A stretch of 63,791 nucleotides of DNA, filler included, from Welwitschia mirabilis (Eukaryota): the NCBI GenBank assembly GCA_051453625.1. It is 8 parts of one record of this genome, joined end to end, with 100 filler letters (N's around TTAATTAATTAA, not from the genome) between each part and the next. Parts side by side here need not be neighbours in the genome. Positions count along the whole stretch, not along the records: positions 1 to 13,391 come from JBOZIK010000001.1; positions 13,492 to 17,164 come from JBOZIK010000001.1; positions 17,265 to 34,797 come from JBOZIK010000001.1; 5 more parts are not named here. The stretch is one strand, 5' to 3'. The notes beneath the pieces were generated by a model. That model was not told where the DNA came from, made no database searches, and saw only the letters and a list, made by a program, of their open reading frames with translations. Position numbers and translations under genes: made by a program. Positions within the stretch are counted from its first letter, which is position 1. Each line of letters begins with the position of its first letter. Shown in pieces: positions 11,261 through 24,230 of this stretch.

Positions 11261-12299
11261 GTTTTAATATTTCAAATTATTAGATTAAGATTAAACTTCA
11301 TATTTTAATAAGAAACAATAAAAATTAAAGAATAAAGAATTTAATAACACATCAATTAGGTAGAAATAAAGTACCTCTTTATTAAAATAGTTATAATTTG
11401 TCTTCTATGCCTTGTTCTAGAGTTGGAATAGTGGTCAGAGGTAAAGATTTAGTCTATGACTTAGCCCCTCTTTCTAGGACCCTTAGGAATTAGCCATAAT
11501 TGTTTTCAATTACATTCACCTAGTCTATTCACCCTCATATAACATCATAGGCTTAAAAATCAAAACAAAAGAACATATTGTTATAAATTAAGGGTCTCAT
11601 CCTTTTGTTACATCATAGTTTCAATTAATTACATAGGAATCACTTTTAATAAATAATCAATTTATTCTATAGTGATTTTGAAACATGACATTTTCATTCA
11701 TAGTTTATTTGAACTCCCACTTTTATGGATTATAATAAAATCTATATTTATAATGATTTTTCATCATGTAGTGTAAGTTTACATTCCATTCCTATTCTAT
11801 TCATTTCATTTACCATTTAAATTATCCTATAAATACAAAACTTATCATTTTAGTTGATAAACCATGTTATAAAATTTCACTCTCAAAATCCCAAAAATTA
11901 TTAGTTTCACCACTAGTTTTATCTAATACCACTGTCCATTTTGTAGTTTTCACTTCTAAAATTTTCTATAGCATAGTCCATCTCATTTACAATATATTCA
12001 TATTTTTTGTTCCTACTAAAATTTTCTACAAATTACTATAATTCATTTCTGATCATCACATTTTAGTTTTATTTTTTAGTCCCATTTTTGTAACCTTCGT
12101 ATTAACCCTAACTTTTAATATAGTAATTGATCATTATTTGTAAGAGTATCTATATTTTTGAATTTTCTTCCTATGAATTATAACCTACTTTGCATCACTT
12201 TGTGCTTTTTCTTATTCTTTAGTTTCAATAAAATGAAATTGTTCTTTTAATATACTTTAACTTGTTCTCAAATTCTACATTCAATATTTCTATCTTTTT

Positions 12300-13391
12300 A
12301 AACTTTGAGGACAAAGATTAACTTTAGTTGGGGTGTATGGCATTTAGCATTTGCACTTCAAACTTTTAGTTTTTGAATGCCTTATTTTTAAAAATTTGGT
12401 CAAAATTTTTAAGGTGTTATCATTTTTAATAATGCTTGAATGTTTTTCTAACATTTTTTATATGTTAATAATTCTTTATTAAATTTTTGCTAAGAGACTA
12501 GAAAATGTCTAATTGGATGATGTGTTAACATGTAAAAATTGATATTTGTCTCAAGTATGTCATGCTAATTTATTATTGTTAAGAGATTAATTTAAGTAAT
12601 TTAATAATAAAATACATCTTCAACTATCTTCTATGCCATTATTAATCTTATACATTTTGCCATGATATTTTTATAAGTCTGGTAGAATTTTAGAGCATGT
12701 GGCATAGACTGGAGCTAAATAAGTAGAAAATGTCAATGGTTATGATTACTTGTATAATGTTATCAGTTACCTATATAATGATGTTAGTTATTTAATACAC
12801 CTTGCTTTTAAACTGATTTTCTAAAATTGTCATGAAAAGACGATCAACTTTTAATTGTATTCTTAGTCAATTATTACATCAAAAATAACTATTATCTTCA
12901 ATGGCATGTGGTGGTAACATAGGAGACATGTGATAATAATATGTCACAATGATATGTGATGATGAAATTAGAGATAGATGGAGATAGCACTNNNNNNNNN
13001 NNNNNNNNNNNNNNNNNNNNNNNNNNNNNNNNNNNNNNNNNNNNNNNNNNNNNNNNNNNNNNNNNNNNNNNNNNNNNNNNNNNNNNNNNNNATAGCACTA
13101 GTTAGTAGAGGCATAATGATCTAAAGGCCAAGTGTTCAATTCATAATGATAGCCTTCACCACACATTGTAAGATGGAAGATTCAATTACCTTACCTAATG
13201 CTACATGATAAATATAGTAACTGTCCATCTATTAATCTAAGTCAAAAGGATTCTAATCACTTAAACCCTATGCTTACCTATAAAAAGGGCTAAGAACCCC
13301 TCATTATAACATCTTTGAATCCCTAGTTGGCAAAGGATTTAGACTAGAGTATTCTTAACAATGTCTTTCTAAGATTCCATTTTGGGAGTAA
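12300..13391 (+). mobile_element. LTR-like dispersed repeat (family X) with chromovirus-type 3' end/PPT-like sequence at ~12305-12335
   Basis: ttgaggacaaagattaactttagttgggg-TG start signature; TATA cctataaaaaggg at ~13277; aligns by eye in inverted orientation with ~43900-44900 (e.g. gtgttaacatgtaaaaattga). Confidence 0.55.
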
Positions 13392-13491
13392 NNNNNNNNN
13401 NNNNNNNNNNNNNNNNNNNNNNNNNNNNNNNNNNNTTAATTAATTAANNNNNNNNNNNNNNNNNNNNNNNNNNNNNNNNNNNNNNNNNNNN
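13392..13491. other. Artificial scaffold-join spacer N44-TTAATTAATTAA-N44 (also at 17165-17264, 34798-34897, 50967-51066, 55923-56022, 59816-59915, 62365-62464)
   Basis: An identical palindromic 12-mer carrying stop codons in all six frames, centred in exactly 100-bp gaps seven times. Confidence 0.97.
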
Positions 13492-13585
13492 TAGAACTCA
13501 AATTCCATTTCTTAGTGGATGATTATCTCGCAATCTAGTTAAACACCTACTTTTTTAGGGACTAACAAGGCTAATTAGAGGGCTA

Positions 13586-14959
13586 TGTTATGATGCCAAT
13601 TTGTAGAAATTTGATTGTATATTTGGAGTACTTTTGTAGGACATTTATATAAGTTTAGATACAATTCTGCTGATTATGGAGAGACGACAAGATAATCATG
13701 AAAACATGTAATTCTTGGCATAATTGGAGGCATTTCAAGCATGATCTGATACTCAGTATAATGAAGGAGGACTAAAGATGAAGATGAACAATTTACACTA
13801 CTTGAGGAGCTTAGGAAGAGTATCGTCCCTAATTTCATTGCTACAACAGAGGGGACGACAACTCATCATAATGGCTATACAGGAACAGCACATGGGTAAC
13901 ACTTAGATAGTAGCACATGGTGATAGGGCATCATCCTTTAGGTTTTCTGGATGACAATCAAGACGATGGATTCCACAGGGCTAATGGTGATACATGGGCA
14001 CACAACCTAATGCATCGTCCCCTATGTTGTATGGATAACCGATAGGACAACAGACTCAGTAACATGCATGGGTAACCCACGGAGCTAATGGTAAAACATG
14101 TAACCCAAGGCAAGAATGTGGTATTATCCCCTCTGTCGTGTGTACAACCGATAGGATAATAACTATTTTTACACTACGATAGTAAATTTCATTGTAAGGA
14201 GTATCAAATGGGTTATGTAGGTAGCTAGGGTTTCTTTAATGGACAATTAGGGTTATGATTCATTGTAAAACTATAAATACCCCTTTCCCCTTTACTTCTA
14301 AATCATATTTTGTACTTGATATGCTTGTGATAGAATCTTGAAGGTAGGAGGTCCATCCAATAGCTGTAGAAAGGGGTTTTCTTGGTGTTAGGCTTTGTCT
14401 CTTCTATTGAGNNNNNNNNNNNNNNNNNNNNNNNNNNNNNNNNNNNNNNNNNNNNNNNNNNNNNNNNNNNNNNNNNNNNNNNNNNNNNNNNNNNNNNNNN
14501 NNNNNNNNNNNNNNNNNNNNNNNNNNNNNNNNNNNNNNNNNNNNNNNNNNNNNNNNNNNNNNNNNNNNNNNNNNNNNNNNNNNNNNNNNNNNNNNNNNNN
14601 NNNNNNNNNNNNNNNNNNNNNNNNNNNNNNNNNNNNNNNNNNNNNNNNNNNNNNNNNNNNNNNNNNNNNNNNNNNNNNNNNNNNNNNNNNNNNNNNNNNN
14701 NNNNNNNNNNNNNNNNNNNNNNNNNNNNNNNNNNNNNNNNNNNNNNNNNNNNNNNNNNNNNNNNNNNNNNNNNNNNNNNNNNNNNNNNNNNNNNNNNNNN
14801 NNNNNNNNNNNNNNNNNNNNNNNNNNNNNNNNNNNNNNNNNNNNNNNNTTACTTTTAGTTAATAAAAGATAAAAGATCAAAACTACCTTTGGAAATTAAT
14901 TATCTAACTCTGAGCCTAGTGCGTTAATTGGGATTATGACATTTGAGTAAACTCCGGTC
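13586..14959 (+). mobile_element. Athila-type 3' LTR (family B), preceded by PPT and 3'-truncated
   Basis: PPT-like ggctaattagagggcta (13569-13585) followed by TGTTATGATGCC; TATA ctataaatacccc at ~14271; homologous to 49452-50709 but lacking its last ~90 bp. Confidence 0.8.
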
Positions 14960-17164
14960 CCAAGATCTCCTGTCACAAGTATATCAGGTACTGTCAAAGA
15001 TAATTAGGGATTGAGAGGAAGACCCTTATTTATAGAGAGAAAAGGAAGGGGAACTAATAGATAAGCAAAAAAAAGACTCTATCTAGCATGCAAAGGANNN
15101 NNNNNNNGAAGTGATAACAACTCGAGAAAACATTTGGTAAAAGTATGAGAGAATAGTGTCGTCTTTCTGATTGTCTAGATGATATCTATTTAGCTCTCAG
15201 TTTAACTGCTTATGAACTGCATGTAAACTTATTATCACCCCGTTAGATATGTCATTCACTACTGATGTCCAGACGATGAGGTGGATGATAAGCTTTTATA
15301 GATCTTCAGTCATTTTGATCACTTGTTATTTTTGGGAATTATTATCCAAAACATCATTTATCCATATCTATATGAAATGCTTGTAATTTATCTAGAAAGT
15401 GCATGTTTTTATTCTCTTCATCTCGATTCTTGATTATCATAAGAACTAAGCATTTATCTACTAAGTTATCTGCAAAACAACTTAGAATATCCTATCAAAT
15501 ACACGTAAGTTGGTGATGCAACATAGCCCCTCACTTAGCCTTGTTAGTCCCTAATAAAACCAGGTGGTAAACCACGGTACGAGCTAACTTTTAAATAATA
15601 AAAATAGCTAGGATATCTAAAGGAAATATCTGATAAAAGTTTGGAACATTTATCAACAATAGACTGAATTTCTAAAAAATTCAAAAATTGATCAAAAATA
15701 CCTGTTAAGCATTAGAAGTTGGTCATCCAGACGATATGGGATGATAGGCTTCTTGAAAGATTTTCAAAATTGGAACCTGTGACAGAAATTAAATTTTTTT
15801 CATTAATTAAATAATACAGCTCCTCACTGTGATAAATAATCAAATATAAAGATAATCATATAAAAATCAAGGAATCCTGTTTCAATAACTAGTTAGAAAG
15901 GAGGATCTGCAATACTGTTTTTCAATAATTAAAAAAATTTGTATCAGAAATACTGAAATATGTGTGTCCTGACCCCCATTGAAAATATGCAATGCAACCA
16001 GAATTGCCTAAACAAATGAAAAGGGAAAATCCTAAGAAAAAAAGAGAAATGACTGGAAAACAGTAGACATGAAAATAGAAGAAACACAGAGGGAAAATGG
16101 ATGCAAAGAATAAGGAGAATATTGTTTGTGTATCCTAAGTACTAATGTAGCAAACTCCAAAGGAAAACATCATTATATCACCTGAGTAAATATACATGAA
16201 AAAATGTATTAACTCTATAAAGATCATATGAAAANNNNNNNNNNNNNNNNNNNNNNNNNNNNNNNNNNNNNNNNNNNNNNNNNNNNNNNNNNNNNNNNNN
16301 NNNNNNNNNNNNNNNNNNNNNNNNNNNNNNNNNNNNNNNNNNNNNNNNNNNNNNNNNNNNNNNNNNNNNNNNNNNNNNNNNNNNNNNNNNNNNNNNNNNN
16401 NNNNNNNNNNNNNNNNNNNNNNNNNNNNNNNNNNNNNNNNNNNNNNNNNNNNNNNNNNNNNNNNNNNNNNNNNNNNNNNNNNNNNNNNNNNNNNNNNNNN
16501 NNNNNNNNNNNNNNNNNNNNNNNNNNNNNNNNNNNNNNNNNNNNNNNNNNNNNNNNNNNNNNNNNNNNNNNNNNNNNNNNNNNNNNNNNNNNNNNNNNNN
16601 NNNNNNNNNNNNNNNNNNNNNNNNNNNNNNNNNNNNNNNNNNNNNNNNNNNNNNNNNNNNNNNNNNNNNNNNNNNNNNNNNNNNNNNNNNNNNNNNNNNN
16701 NNNNNNNNNNNNNNNNNNNNNNNNNNNNNNNNNNNNNNNNNNNNNNNNNNNNNNNNNNNNNNNNNNNNNNNNNNNNNNNNNNNNNNNNNNNNNNNNNNNN
16801 NNNNNNNNNNNNNNNNNNNNNNNNNNNNNNNNNNNNNNNNNNNNNNNNNNNNNNNNNNNNNNNNNNNNNNNNNNNNNNNNNNNNNNNNNNNNNNNNNNNN
16901 AGGAACAAATCTTCCTACTATGTTCATAGTTGCATCTAAAAATCCTCATGTCATTTAAATCATTTTCTATATGCATACACCATTTTTCACTCATAAGTTT
17001 TATGATTTTATCTTTCATAACTTTCTTTATGTTTAGATGGTGCTATAAAAATAGGGTTGGTTTTATATTTTTCTCTAATCCTAAATCATTGATTAAATAT
17101 TTTTTTGCTACATTAAACACTCTTATTGAAAATTGTTTATTTTTAAAGTAACATTTCTTTAATT
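14952..17164 (-). mobile_element. Athila-type partial 3' LTR (family A, 14952-15523) with PPT (15524-15540) and 3' UTR
   Basis: The LTR edge ..GATGCAACA at 15523 is followed by tagcccctcacttagcc (reverse-complement PPT). Homologous to 20530-21100 and to 54055-55500. Confidence 0.85.
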
Positions 17165-17264
17165 NNNNNNNNNNNNNNNNNNNNNNNNNNNNNNNNNNNN
17201 NNNNNNNNTTAATTAATTAANNNNNNNNNNNNNNNNNNNNNNNNNNNNNNNNNNNNNNNNNNNN

Positions 17265-18732
17265 ATTTCCGAATGGTAGTTTTGTTCATAAATCTCTTTA
17301 TAAAGGCTTCTTAAATTTGACTCCATAATTTAAGGCTCTTATAAGGATTATCCTAAGCTAAATTTTTTCTTTGTCTCTTAAGGTCATGGAAAAGATAACC
17401 CTATAGGTTCTATCTATTATTCGCTTTTTACCATTTCTGGACATAAGGATAAGCTGTTAAATGTTCCCCCTGTGTTATAAGAGGTCCTCATCAGGTTCTC
17501 CTANNNNNNNNNNNNNNNNNNNNNNNNNNNNNNNNNNNNNNNNNNNNNNNNNNNNNNNNNNNNNNNNNNNNNNNNNNNNNNNNNNNNNNNNNNNNNNNNN
17601 NNNCAGGTTCTCCTAGAAAGGTAGGGTAAACATTTAGGTTTTTAAGTTCTACATCATCACCATAAGGTAAGTCGAAAAGGTTTTGGATTTCAAGTATTTT
17701 ATTCGCTATGAGATCTCTCAGAATAGTATGAGGAGTAAAAGTAATGGTTCTAACTACAGGGGGTGAATTCAAAGAGATAGGTTATTTTTGGGGAGAGGTC
17801 GAAATGGTATTAGACTCTGTAGAATTAAAATTAGAAATTTTAGGAAATTGTAAATTTTACATACCTTCACTATTTTGATTTTTAATTTCAAAATTTAGCA
17901 AACCTTCTTTGATATTTTATGCAATGAATTATTTTTTTTCTAGTATTTTTTTTTATCTTTTTCAATCTTAACCATTTAGTGTCAGATCTAAAGTATTGTC
18001 CTGTATGTCATCCGGACAATAACATGGATAATAGAAACANNNNNNNNNNNNNNNNNNNNNNNNNNNNNNNNNNNNNNNNNNNNNNNNNNNNNNNNNNNNN
18101 NNNNNNNNNNNNNNNNNNNNNNNNNNNNNNNNNNNNNNNTTTAGCAAACCTTCTTTGATATTTTATGCAATGAATTATTTCTTTCTCTAGTATTTTTTTT
18201 TTATCTTTTTCAATCTTAACCATTTGTGTCAGATCTAAAGTATTGTCCTGTATGTCATCCGGACGATAACATGGATAATAGAAACATAGAAAACCATAGA
18301 AAAGAGGGAAAGCAAAAGAGGGACAATCATCCAACTGCGACGTCTAGATGATGAAGGGGATATTAGAGGTTAGCAAAAATAAAAACTAAAACAACAAACT
18401 TATAGGGTACTAGTACACTGCTGCTACAGCAAACATCTAGAATATCCATTGAAGCAATGACAACTCTTAATCTCCAAGCAGCCTTTCCAGCAATGGTGCC
18501 AATTTGTTGCAATGTGTATTTATGCAATATTTCACACCTTGATCTAAATCCTATTAATTACAAATAAGATGCACAAACACAACATGCTAGTGTAGTCAGG
18601 AGTAAGTTGAAATATTGTAATTCCATTGAAGGTTAATAGTATGGGAATATAAGAGTTGATTTCGAGATAGAAATATGTAATCCTAATCTACTTAAATAAA
18701 TTGTAATGCAAGAAATTCAAATATACTTATGT
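17265..18732 (-). mobile_element. Athila-type 5' LTR end (from 18505), tRNA-Asp PBS, leader and decayed gag
   Basis: TGTTGC LTR edge at 18505; PBS at 18484-18501; gag-like TILRDLIANKILEIQNLFDLPYGDDVELKNLNVYPTFLGEPDEDL..IFSMTLRDKEKI*L resembles the Athila gag PxFxG..EDP..LFPFSLxDKAKxWL. Confidence 0.85.
18484..18501 (-). promoter_or_regulatory. Primer binding site, tRNA-Asp type (Athila)
   Basis: Minus strand TGGCACCATTGCTGGAAA versus canonical TGGCGCCGTTGCCGGGGA; all differences are transitions; 3 nt from the LTR terminus. Confidence 0.85.
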
Positions 18733-18832
18733 NNNNNNNNNNNNNNNNNNNNNNNNNNNNNNNNNNNNNNNNNNNNNNNNNNNNNNNNNNNNNNNNNNNN
18801 NNNNNNNNNNNNNNNNNNNNNNNNNNNNNNNN

Positions 18833-19835
18833 AATCTACAAGTTGCTTAGTATGACTGTTTAACCCACTATAGAAATAATTTATTAATTCTACCTTTGAA
18901 AAGGCATCTACAGGGTTCGAATGTAAAGTAACAAAGAATCACTCATAGGTAGAGGCATAGTCTTCATTAGGTAATTATTGGAAGTTTATGACTTCTTTCT
19001 TACATTTTTGGATGATGGTTTCATTCATAAATCTTTTCATAAAGGCTTTTTAAACTTAACTCCAAGATTTTAGGCTCTTATAAGGGATTGTTTTAAGTCA
19101 AAGTTTAGCCTTATCTCATAATGTAATGGGAAAAATGACCATGTAGGTTCTATCACTTATGTGCTTTTTACCATTTCCGAAAGTAAGAATGAGTTGTTCA
19201 ATTTTGGTGATGTGTTGTAGGAGGTCTTCATCAGGTTTTCCTCAAAAGGTAGGATAAGCATTTAATTTTTTAAGTTTCATATCATCGCTAGGAGGTAAGT
19301 CAAAAGGTTTTTAAATTTCAAGTCATTTATTTTCTATGAGATCTCTCAGAGTAGCATGAGTATTTGGTCGAGAGGGAGTAGAAGATAAGATTCCAATGAC
19401 TGGAGGTGGATTTGGAGAGATAGGTTATTTTTATTTTTGGTTAGAGGTCAACATGGTATCAGATTTTTCAAAATTAAAATCAAACTCTTCTATAGAATTA
19501 AAATCAGAAATTTCAAGAAATTCTAAATCTTGTATACCTAAACTGTATTGATTTTTAAATTTAAAATTTAGGAAACCTTCTTTGATATTTTTTATAATGA
19601 ACTATCTCTCTGTCTGGTATTTTTTGCCTTTTTCCAATCTTAACCATTTAATAACAGGACTAAAGCATTGTCCTCTACATTGTCCAAACAATAACATGGA
19701 TGACAGAGACAGAAAACACAGACAACCACAGAATGAGGGAAACTAGAAAAGGGTATAGTCATCTGACTGTGAAGTCTAGACGATGAAGGGGACATCAGAG
19801 ATTAGTAAAAATATAATATTAAAATAAACATGAGT
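18833..19835 (-). mobile_element. Second decayed Athila gag plus leader (paralogue of 17265-18400)
   Basis: Colinear similarity by eye, e.g. gaggtcttcatcaggttttcctc, ctatgagatctctcaga, aaaccttctttgatatttt. Confidence 0.85.
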
Positions 19836-20030
19836 ACTCACATTTCACTCCCCACTTTTATTTTTTTTGTTATAGTGAATTCCATGATCATTTGGCCATA
19901 ATCATCCATTAGTAACATTTATCACCAAGCATAAGAAACCCCTCATATCTTTCCAGTGTTTTGGTGAGAACCAATGGGAAGGAATAAAATTTAAAATAAT
20001 ATATAATTTCAAGGTAACCATAATAATGGC

Positions 20031-21100
20031 TATTGCAGTGTATATTTATGTAATGTTTCATACCTTAATCTAAATCCTATTAATTACAAATAAGATTCAC
20101 AAACATAGCATGCTACTATAGTCGGGAATGATCTGAATATCATAATTTTGTCGAAGGCTAATAGTATGGATACTAAAGAGTTAATTCCTAGAAAAAAATA
20201 TGTAACTCTAATTTATTAAAATAAATTGCAATGCATGGAATTGAAATAATGATGTAAAACTAATTTATGAAAAGAAATAACGATGCATCTAAACTAATTT
20301 AGCTCAACCTTGACAAAGGTTGCCCTCATAATCTATCTAATAGAAGAAACCTATCACGAATCTTAAACAACATAAACTATGAGGGAGAAGTTCCTGCATA
20401 TATGAAACATAAAAGAAGCTAATTCATATTAAAGCATAAAAGACATCTGTATCAAAAAGTAGCTATTTATCAATGGAAGAAATGCCATCCAACATCAAGG
20501 TAACATCTCTCTAGATTATAAGATAATCCTCTAGTCCCAAGATCTCCTTTCACGACTATATCAGATACTATTGAAGATGATTAGGAATCGATGAAGAGAC
20601 CCTTATTTATAAATAGAAAAGGAAGGGGAACTGACAGAGAAGCAAATGAAAGACTCTAGCTAGCAATAAAAGGAAAGTCATAAAGAAGTGATGATAACTC
20701 GAGAAAACATTCAGTAAAAGTATGAGAGAACAATATTGTCTTTCTGGTTATTTGAATGATATCTATTTAGCTTCCAGTTTAACTACTTATGAATTGTATG
20801 TGAACTTATTATCTTCATATTACAGATGTCATCCACTACTGACATCTAAACGATAAGGTGGACGACAAGCTTTTATTGATCTTCAGTCAATTTGATCACT
20901 TGTTATTTGAGGGAATTATTATCCAAAATATCATTTATCCATATCTGTATAAAATGCTTGTAATTTATCTAGAAAGTGCATGTTTTCATTCTCTTCATCT
21001 TGGTTCTTAATTATCATAAGAACTAAGCATTTATCTGTTAAATTATTTGCAAAACAACTTAGAATACCCTATCAAATACACATATGTTGGTTGTGCAACA
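20031..21100 (-). mobile_element. Complete isolated Athila family-A LTR (~1070 bp), probable solo LTR
   Basis: T(A)TTGC...GCAACA termini; full-length homology to 53625-54768; no adjacent PBS or PPT; no clear TSD (atggc versus ttttc). Confidence 0.8.
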
Positions 21101-21400
21101 TTTTCCATTCAAATTTAACTCATCACAACTTTGATTATTGATTTTATGTTATCCATTATAGGATAAGAAACATTTGTGTTACCTTTATTTGGTCTTATAT
21201 TAATTTATCCCTATGAAAAGAATGACATTGAAAGTCTTCCACGATGAGGATCTTGGTTTTATAAATTTTAAAAGCTAACTTAGAATACATACATGACGAT
21301 ACTAGAATATAATTTAAAATATTTATTACTATTGTTACTATTATCAAAATATAATATTTATCAATATCTTTATTATAATAAGTGTAATACATATCCTAAG
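21101..21400 (-). mobile_element. Possible LINE ORF2 endonuclease remnant
   Basis: ORF 21195-21392 contains KILIVEDFQCH..RDK, resembling the L1-type xxLIxGDFN..DK motif. Only this single motif supports the call. Confidence 0.3.
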
Positions 21401-21639
21401 AAAATATGTGTGTTGTTAGATATTCATCTACAACATCTAAACCTAACTATGTAGCCAATGGATTATACTCCAACTAGTGGGATCCTCATTCTCCATTGAT
21501 AAGGTTATAGGTTTGAACTCTAAATGCTTTTCTTGACATGCAATAGGGTAATGGACATAATTAAATGATTCATTTAGATGATCTTGGTGTCTATAACCTT
21601 GAGAGGATGTATGATCATTACAAGTTTTAAGTTTGACAT

Positions 21640-24230
21640 CCAAATTCCCTTCCTAAAAATTAATATGTATGTATCATTAGTAAAGTTAAGTAAGAAGATC
21701 CTTAAATATGAGATGATAAAATATATTATCTCATGAAAAGGAATTAAAATTACTTATATTAAATAAATAAAAAGGGAATATATAAAGCTACATAATGAGA
21801 TAAGATTATATAGAAAAACGAATAGATGAAAAAATAAATAGTGTCATAAAATAATGTTAAATATTAGGATAACTATAAAATGATATCTAATAATTAAGTG
21901 AGATGCTTATGTTTTAAAAAACATTATCTTATATGAGAATGATCACAAACTATACATATCATGGTAATAATAAAGATGATATATGTTATTACAAGATTAA
22001 ACTAAATGCAATCCATGATAGCTAAAATTACCTAAAAAATAAATAATATCACATAGATATTATTAAAACCAATAAGCATTCAACTTCATAACATACATTG
22101 GATATAATAGTAAGCACTTGTAAGATCTAACAACAAACTAGTAATTAGGTTTTTCCAAAGAACTAGAAAATTCTACATAAGCATTCTATCTTTAAGCTAC
22201 TATGAATTTCCTTTTTCTTTCAAGATAATAGTAAGAAGTATCAAAATATACCATTAATATGATAGAATACAAGTTAAATAAGTAAAAAGACAAGAATCTT
22301 ATACTTTTAAAAAATGTTTTAGTAACAAATATTGTACTTCATATTACACATGTTTGCCACTCTTGTTGCTAGTCTTGAAGTAAATATTCTTATGATAAAA
22401 TAAATAAATTTGTTTAATTTTATATCATTTGAATAAACTTAAAAGTATTTTCTAAAGTTACTTAAAAAAATTTTACATCTTATGTAAATAAGATAAAGTT
22501 GTTATTCCTATTCATTATTGTAAGTATATAAATTTTTTATGTACTAAATGAATAGAAAAATGTTTTGATGCTGGTAGTACTTAGAGGGTTCTTTTTAAAG
22601 ATATAATTGATCAAGAAAAATCTAAAAATTTAGTTTCATCATATATTTTTCTCCAAGAATATTTTCAGTTTAATATTTTTTTAAACAAACTTTAAGGATT
22701 TTAAATTTTATTAGTAATTATTGAAAATAAAAATGCATTAAAGTTAGAATTAAGACCTTGATAATTTAAATATTAGTAGATTCTATTTAATAAAGGTACA
22801 TGGGCTATTCATTTACCTAGGTTATGTATGGCTTGGATTAAAGTAGGCATTATTATGATTTCTTGTTTTTATTTCTATAAATCATGCTTAACTTAAAAAT
22901 AACAAGTTCACCTCTATGATTTAAATAAAACTCACTCTTTATGAAAAAAACATAATATTAGTGAGAAGTTGGAAAATTTTTTAAAGACGAATACCAATTT
23001 GTAAGAAAAGTGATCAGATAACTTTTAGACTAATGGAAGACTTATTATGTTCTTTAAGGTAAAGATTATTTATGATTTTATTAATAAAAATAAAAATATT
23101 CATAATAAGCTAAATAAAACATAAAATCTTCAAGCAATTTCAAGATTGTAAAAGCAAACATTAAAAATATTTCCAAATTTCCAACATTTTCAAATATTCA
23201 TACTTTTGTATGGTGTTTGACTAATTAATATTTACCATGATATTTATTAATAGAATTAAGGATTTACTTCTTTAAAATGTTCTTTTTACAATACTAACGA
23301 TTTGTTAAAGCATGATTTCTTTTACTATAGATTTGTATAGAATGCATGGACTTAGACTTCTATCTTTTATGATAATTTTAAAAAAATCATTATGAATATT
23401 ATTTTTAAAAATGCTAATCATATTTCTAATACCCTTTATCCTTGTTTGGATCTATCTTAAACCTTTAGTTCCATATAACATATAGAATCTTCATTGTAGA
23501 GTTCTTATATAATATGTTGTGCATAACTTTCATATTATGGAAAGCTAAGATGAGATGTTATGAAATCTAGATTCTTAACTTTAGATTAAAGATAGAACTT
23601 TTCATAACTATGGGAAATAATTAATAACATAGAAAAATTTATGATTTAAGACTCATCTATTATATTTTTATCTCCATTTTTTACTTATATTTTTTGTCTT
23701 TGTATATTATTTCTTTAGATCTTCTTCTTATGTATTAATAGATTTATGCATATACAGTTCACTTGCCTATATTGATAATGTTATTCTTAATAATTTGTTT
23801 TAAAAATCTATCACAACAACCTACTCTAATTTTCTTAAAAGTATAAAATTTAAGACATCTTCTTTCTTAAGAAATTTCATATAGACTTTGGTTTTAAAAC
23901 TTTAACAATGTCTTTGAGTTTATTAAAGGATAATTTCATGTGAATTATTATTTTGGGAATATCATATCTAATGGATTGTAATTAAATATATTATTTCTAT
24001 TAAATAATTACCAAATTATTATTAAAATGTCACTTTTTACCCATTAAAACTTAAGGGATTTAACTGTAAATATTTTATTTTAGAATCCATCACAACCTCC
24101 TCCCCCTTATCTAACTTTTCTAGAAAGTCTAAAAATTCTGAAATATTTGTGCTTAAGTGAGTTAACATAAACAAATATTAAAATTAAAAGTTTTAATAAC
24201 TATACCTCCTCCTTTACAATGTAACCATCA
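21640..24230 (+). repeat. ~2.5-kb diverged direct repeat, copy 1 (probable long LTR)
   Basis: Colinear with 35690-38140 (e.g. aagtaaatattcttat, cattaaagttagaa, agttcacttg.ctatatt, tgcttaagtgagtt); lies upstream of a gypsy leader and gag-pol. Confidence 0.8.

Noticed and set aside
13436..13447. Conserved palindrome TTAATTAATTAA as a biological motif
   Set aside because: It is always centred in 100-bp N gaps and is an assembly linker.
14952..18732. One short non-autonomous Athila element (3' LTR to 5' LTR only ~3 kb apart)
   Set aside because: An artificial join at 17165-17264 separates the halves, so pol may simply be unassembled.
20026..21105. Target-site duplication around the isolated LTR
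   Set aside because: The flanks atggc and ttttc do not match.
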